A stretch of DNA of 63,811 nucleotides, counting the filler, from Craspedostauros australis (lineage: Eukaryota): assembly GCA_030167865.1 (NCBI GenBank). It is 12 parts of 12 records of this genome, joined end to end, with 100 filler letters (N's around TTAATTAATTAA, not from the genome) between each part and the next. Parts side by side here need not be neighbours in the genome. Positions count along the whole stretch, not along the records: positions 58,807 to 60,313 come from JALAGF010000258.1; positions 60,414 to 63,811 come from JALAGF010000259.1; 10 more parts are not named here. The stretch is one strand, 5' to 3'. The stretch's first letter is position 1, and each line of letters begins with the position of its first letter. This document shows, one piece after another, positions 59,960-63,811 of the stretch. The position numbers and the translations under genes are program-made. The notes under the pieces are model-generated. The model was not told where the DNA came from, searched no databases, and saw only the letters and a list, made by a program, of their open reading frames with translations.

Positions 59960-61037
59960 AGGCATTGGGTGTCCAACTTTCACATGCGTGGATGGATGGA
60001 GAGGTGGAGCAATGGGGAAATCGGAGAAGGGGTGTGTATGCAGGATCCGATCGGTGGTGCCACTTTCAGGTGGGGTGGACATTCTGAAGAATATTTGAAG
60101 AATGTAATACAATAGAACAGATCACAGTTTGCACGGGCATGCGACCTTCTCTCTCCCATTAAGACTTCTGGATATGATCGTGCACTAGCTTACGAATGGT
60201 GTTTCGTGAATGCTTGTCGAGTTTGCGATAGTCGGAGCAGGTAGATACCACCCTCTCCACAAACGCAGATCGCAGAATACACGTACACGCCATAGGATGG
60301 TGCGAGTGAATGGNNNNNNNNNNNNNNNNNNNNNNNNNNNNNNNNNNNNNNNNNNNNTTAATTAATTAANNNNNNNNNNNNNNNNNNNNNNNNNNNNNNN
60401 NNNNNNNNNNNNNTTCGACGCAGCTTTCGTGGTAGAGACGGGCATGATGCTGATTGGTACTGATGGGTGGATAGAGAAAACTAGTAATGATGGAAATAAA
60501 CTGAGCAGGAGGAGTGCAAGAAGGTGACAATACAAGAACTACATGAGCATGCCACAAGCACAGCACACCACCACAGAAAAGCAAAATTCGATTTGGCGGC
60601 AAAATGTGAGGAGATTGGTGACATGTGACGAGAGCCAAATTTGAATTTGAATGATAACGTCAACTAACGTTTCGTTATTTCAAAAACGTGTTCGGACAGG
60701 CCGAACAATGACGTCGCTGAAATGTCAAATTCCGTACGCAACCCGTCAAAAAAAGTTTTTTCCCGAACGTGTCTGCGCACATTGCGTTGTTTGCATCGGA
60801 AAAGCTAATCAATGCCTTGCGATCATCACGGAGCAGTGTTCATATTCGACCAAGAGGACCGTAAATCTACAAAGGTGGATAAAAATTAAAAGAAGGCATT
60901 AAAGCAAAATCGGCGTCCACTGTGATTCTTAGATTTTGTTCTAGTTTATGAATATGTGGGTGGCTTGGCTGAAAGCCCCGTAAGTTGCCACCCCTCCAGG
61001 ACCGACTGCAGGTCCCGTCACACAACCTGGTCGTATC

Positions 61038-61072
61038 CATGTATCCATCCATCCATCCATCCACCCATCCAT
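61038..61072. repeat. (CCAT)n microsatellite
   Basis: Imperfect tandem ATCC run. Confidence 0.8.
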
Positions 61073-61990
61073 GCGCTCTGCAGGGCGCCAGCTTGTCACG
61101 AGACTGATCTCAATTGGGCGCTTGAACTTGTGTAGTCAATCATCGCCATCATCATCAACGATGGTGGACATATGCAATTTACATAGACGGGAATGGAAGA
61201 TCCGCGCTGAAGCACTCAGTTGCACAATCGTTGCCAAAGGAAGATCTGCCGTCGGTCGACGTTGACAGAGCACCATATATCTCGTACCCGACCGGTGATG
61301 GAAGTATGTTACCTGACGTTGTGCAAGCCTTTGACGGTCGTCACCATGGATTCAATAACTTTGTCGGCAACTGCAGTTTGATTCGTAGCGACAAACAGGA
61401 AGGATGGGATGGCTCCGAGGGCTGCTGCTCCGTCCAAGCGCCTCCACGGAAAGACCCTCCTGAGATTCTTCAACAGAAGCCCGAGTGTGGCGGAGCGTAC
61501 TCGTAGTCTGCCAAAGTGCTTGGACACGCATGTGTGAATGCATCCACCATACTCATAGAGTTCGTCGAGTGAAGCTACGAGTAAGTGGTATCTTATGTCT
61601 AAATGTATATTATTATCTTTATGGAATGTGTACTCGTGTTTGTATATGTGCATGTGTTGGATGTGCCATGGGTCGAGTGATTGCTGAGAGGTTGCGGTAC
61701 TATTGATTGATGCACTCATCCAATCGAATCTCCGCATTGATGGCTCTGCTGCTCTTCTCCGTCTTTTGAGCGCGTTGTGTCGTGATGCGCCTACGTGGCT
61801 CCTCTCAGCTCAGGTTGTTCTCTACGAGCATGTGACTGGTGTGGCAACGATGGCTTCGAATGATTGTGCTGTGGCAATCGGATTCTCCCCTGTTGCCGGG
61901 TTGCCGTGCACTCACTCCTTGTTGCATTCAATCATTGCATCCTCCTGTTTCTCTGCACGTGTTGGTCCATTCACTCATTTGCCCATTTGC

Positions 61991-62923
61991 TCATTGGCAT
62001 TCAAATACAATGGGCAGGACGTCCAGCACTCGCTGCCTGCTCTTTGTGGAGTTCTGAAGGATGGCCAATGTCGACACGAACGTCGCATGGCTGCATCTCG
62101 AACAGAAATCTTTGTACTTGGAAGCGATGTTGTGATCGTTGGTGACTGTTGGTGACGTGATGGTTGTAGCAGCATCATGGCCTGTTGTCACCGCCGCTGT
62201 CCGTTGCTCACGATCGGAGCTATCCTCCGAAGACTGCTCCTCCAATACCAATGCCTGGGCTGTGAGTTTATGGAGAGTCCGCTGCAGTGCGTACAGCTGA
62301 GGCACGATCGATTCTTGATCGATCTCATCCGCTGCCTCTCCATTCCGAATCTTTCGCAATGTCTGCTGTTCTTGCTGTCGCAAACGCTTGAGTTCCGAGC
62401 TGTGGTACCACACCTGCCGCTTGGTTTGGCTTGGAATGTCTCTTCTGTTTGGAACAACAGCAAGTATATCGGGCTCATCGCAGAACGATACCGTTCGTCT
62501 CTGCTGCCTACGTGGCTGTGGCCGTTCTTGTGATCGTTCTTGTTGCTGTTCCTGCGGTCGATGATGATAGTCACCGTCGCTGTGATGTTCGGCTGCTCCG
62601 GATGCTTGCGCAGTCGATCGCTTGCAGCCGTCGTCGATGTGGATGACCTCAAAGCTGGATTCTCCAAGGTCGTACAAACAACTGCTGTCGGTGCTGTCAA
62701 ACGTCGTCGGACGGATGATGGTCACAAGACCGCCGGGGCCGTAGTTCGTCCAGTCTGCTGGTGCCATTGTTGTTGCTGCTGTTGCTGCTGTTGCTGCCGC
62801 TGTTGTTGCTGGGGATGGCGTTCTTGGTGCCGATGACGGTGCTGATTGTGATACTATTGCCGTCGTTTGTGAGAGTTGTCGAGGTTGCTGGATGATGTGG
62901 CTATCGATGTTGCTGATTGCCAT
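61991..62923 (-). CDS. hypothetical protein with RxVxF...WY motif (pattern common in diatom proteins)
   Basis: RRTVSFCDEP...QVWYHSSELKRLR. Start and end are uncertain. Confidence 0.5.
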   Translation of the reverse strand: MAISNIDSHIIQQPRQLSQTTAIVSQSAPSSAPRTPSPATTAAATAATAATTMAPADWTNYGPGGLVTIIRPTTFDSTDSSCLYDLGESSFEVIHIDDGCKRSTAQASGAAEHHSDGDYHHRPQEQQQERSQERPQPRRQQRRTVSFCDEPDILAVVPNRRDIPSQTKRQVWYHSSELKRLRQQEQQTLRKIRNGEAADEIDQESIVPQLYALQRTLHKLTAQALVLEEQSSEDSSDREQRTAAVTTGHDAATTITSPTVTNDHNIASKYKDFCSRCSHATFVSTLAILQNSTKSRQRVLDVLPIVFECQ

Positions 62924-63811
62924 GCCGTGAACACTTGCACAGGAACCAACACACAAATCGGGATGGAATGAGGTTGAGCCCGATGAGAGCTGCAACGATG
63001 ATGTGATTGGATGGAGTAGTAGTATGTGGCTGCGATTGTGTGGGAGATGAAGTTGATGCGGCTTTTGCTTTTGTGAATTGTGCCTCTCTGTTCCAAGACT
63101 TGCTTCTCTCTTGATCCCGTCAAACTTGTCGTTGGCGTGATGGGTGCCAATCCCAACGACTTTGCGTCGGTTCTTGGTTGTCCTTCGTTGCTGGTGTGTG
63201 GTCTTTGGTTGACTGGCCATTTGTCGTGCATTCTCCTCTCTCTCTCTGTGTTTCTTGGTCGTTGCCTCTCGCCACTTGTGGTTTGCACTGCGTTGCTTTC
63301 GTTGGATGCCCGCCTCGATCGGCAGAAGAGGCGATCTTCCGTGTTGGTGCCCAATCAGCGCGAACAAATTGTCTCAATCAGGCTGTTGAGCAGTTGTTAC
63401 GTGCACGACCTTTTCGAAATCGTTCGCATCGTGTGCGCTTTGTGGCGGCTGTACACTCACTATGGCAACTTATTTAGGAAGCACGACACATTCCATCCGA
63501 TAGTGTGACAAGATGGCACTTATTGGGACCATGTGTTTCTCTGATTTGAAATAGTCCGACCCGCGCATTTTGCTATCGACGTGAAACTCCAACGGTAACG
63601 GCATCCACTCACGTTTCTGTCCAGGAACTGTTCACACGAAAACGTCATGGCCAAACATCACAACGCCACAAAACCGATCACGACGAAAGATGAACCTCGC
63701 CCAAAACCGACTTTTACCATGACAGACAGCACCACGCACCGTTCCGAGTTGTAGCTCGTAGTTTGCACGTGCCATGTCACCATAATGGATTGTGTCTGGC
63801 ACAATATAGTA

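Overview
Eukaryotic DNA, most likely from a diatom or other stramenopile. The evidence is GT-AG introns, signal peptide plus ASAFAP-like plastid targeting sequences, and diatom-like Copia and LINE elements. The window is 12 contigs joined by artificial 100-nt linkers (N44-TTAATTAATTAA-N44), so adjacency across linkers is not established. The main feature is a DNA transposon present in two copies: 5..6771 complete, and 7292..12670 inverted and truncated. It has 14-bp TIRs, ATAT target duplications and subterminal TGCGTC-NN-GACGCA motifs. Its single three-exon gene encodes a ~1510-aa piggyBac-like DDD transposase with a YqaJ/lambda-exonuclease-like PD-(D/E)xK domain inserted between the second and third catalytic aspartates. 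A 1.3-kb Harbinger-like non-autonomous element (CAG duplication, two 8x20-bp arrays) sits inside one subterminal motif. Other mobile DNA includes a hAT-like end with a long perfect hairpin (two copies), LINE and Copia elements, and one LTR family nested into other elements. Host genes include a GT34-like glycosyltransferase, a DUF179 protein, a CLC transporter, a PI-PLC-X protein, Cys/PT-rich surface proteins, a 2OG-Fe(II) oxygenase-like protein, an ankyrin protein, a tandem SOD-like protein with an HDS tail, a thioredoxin-DUF4395 fusion, uroporphyrinogen-III methyltransferase and a sulfotransferase-like protein. All domain calls come from motifs read by eye; no database search was run.
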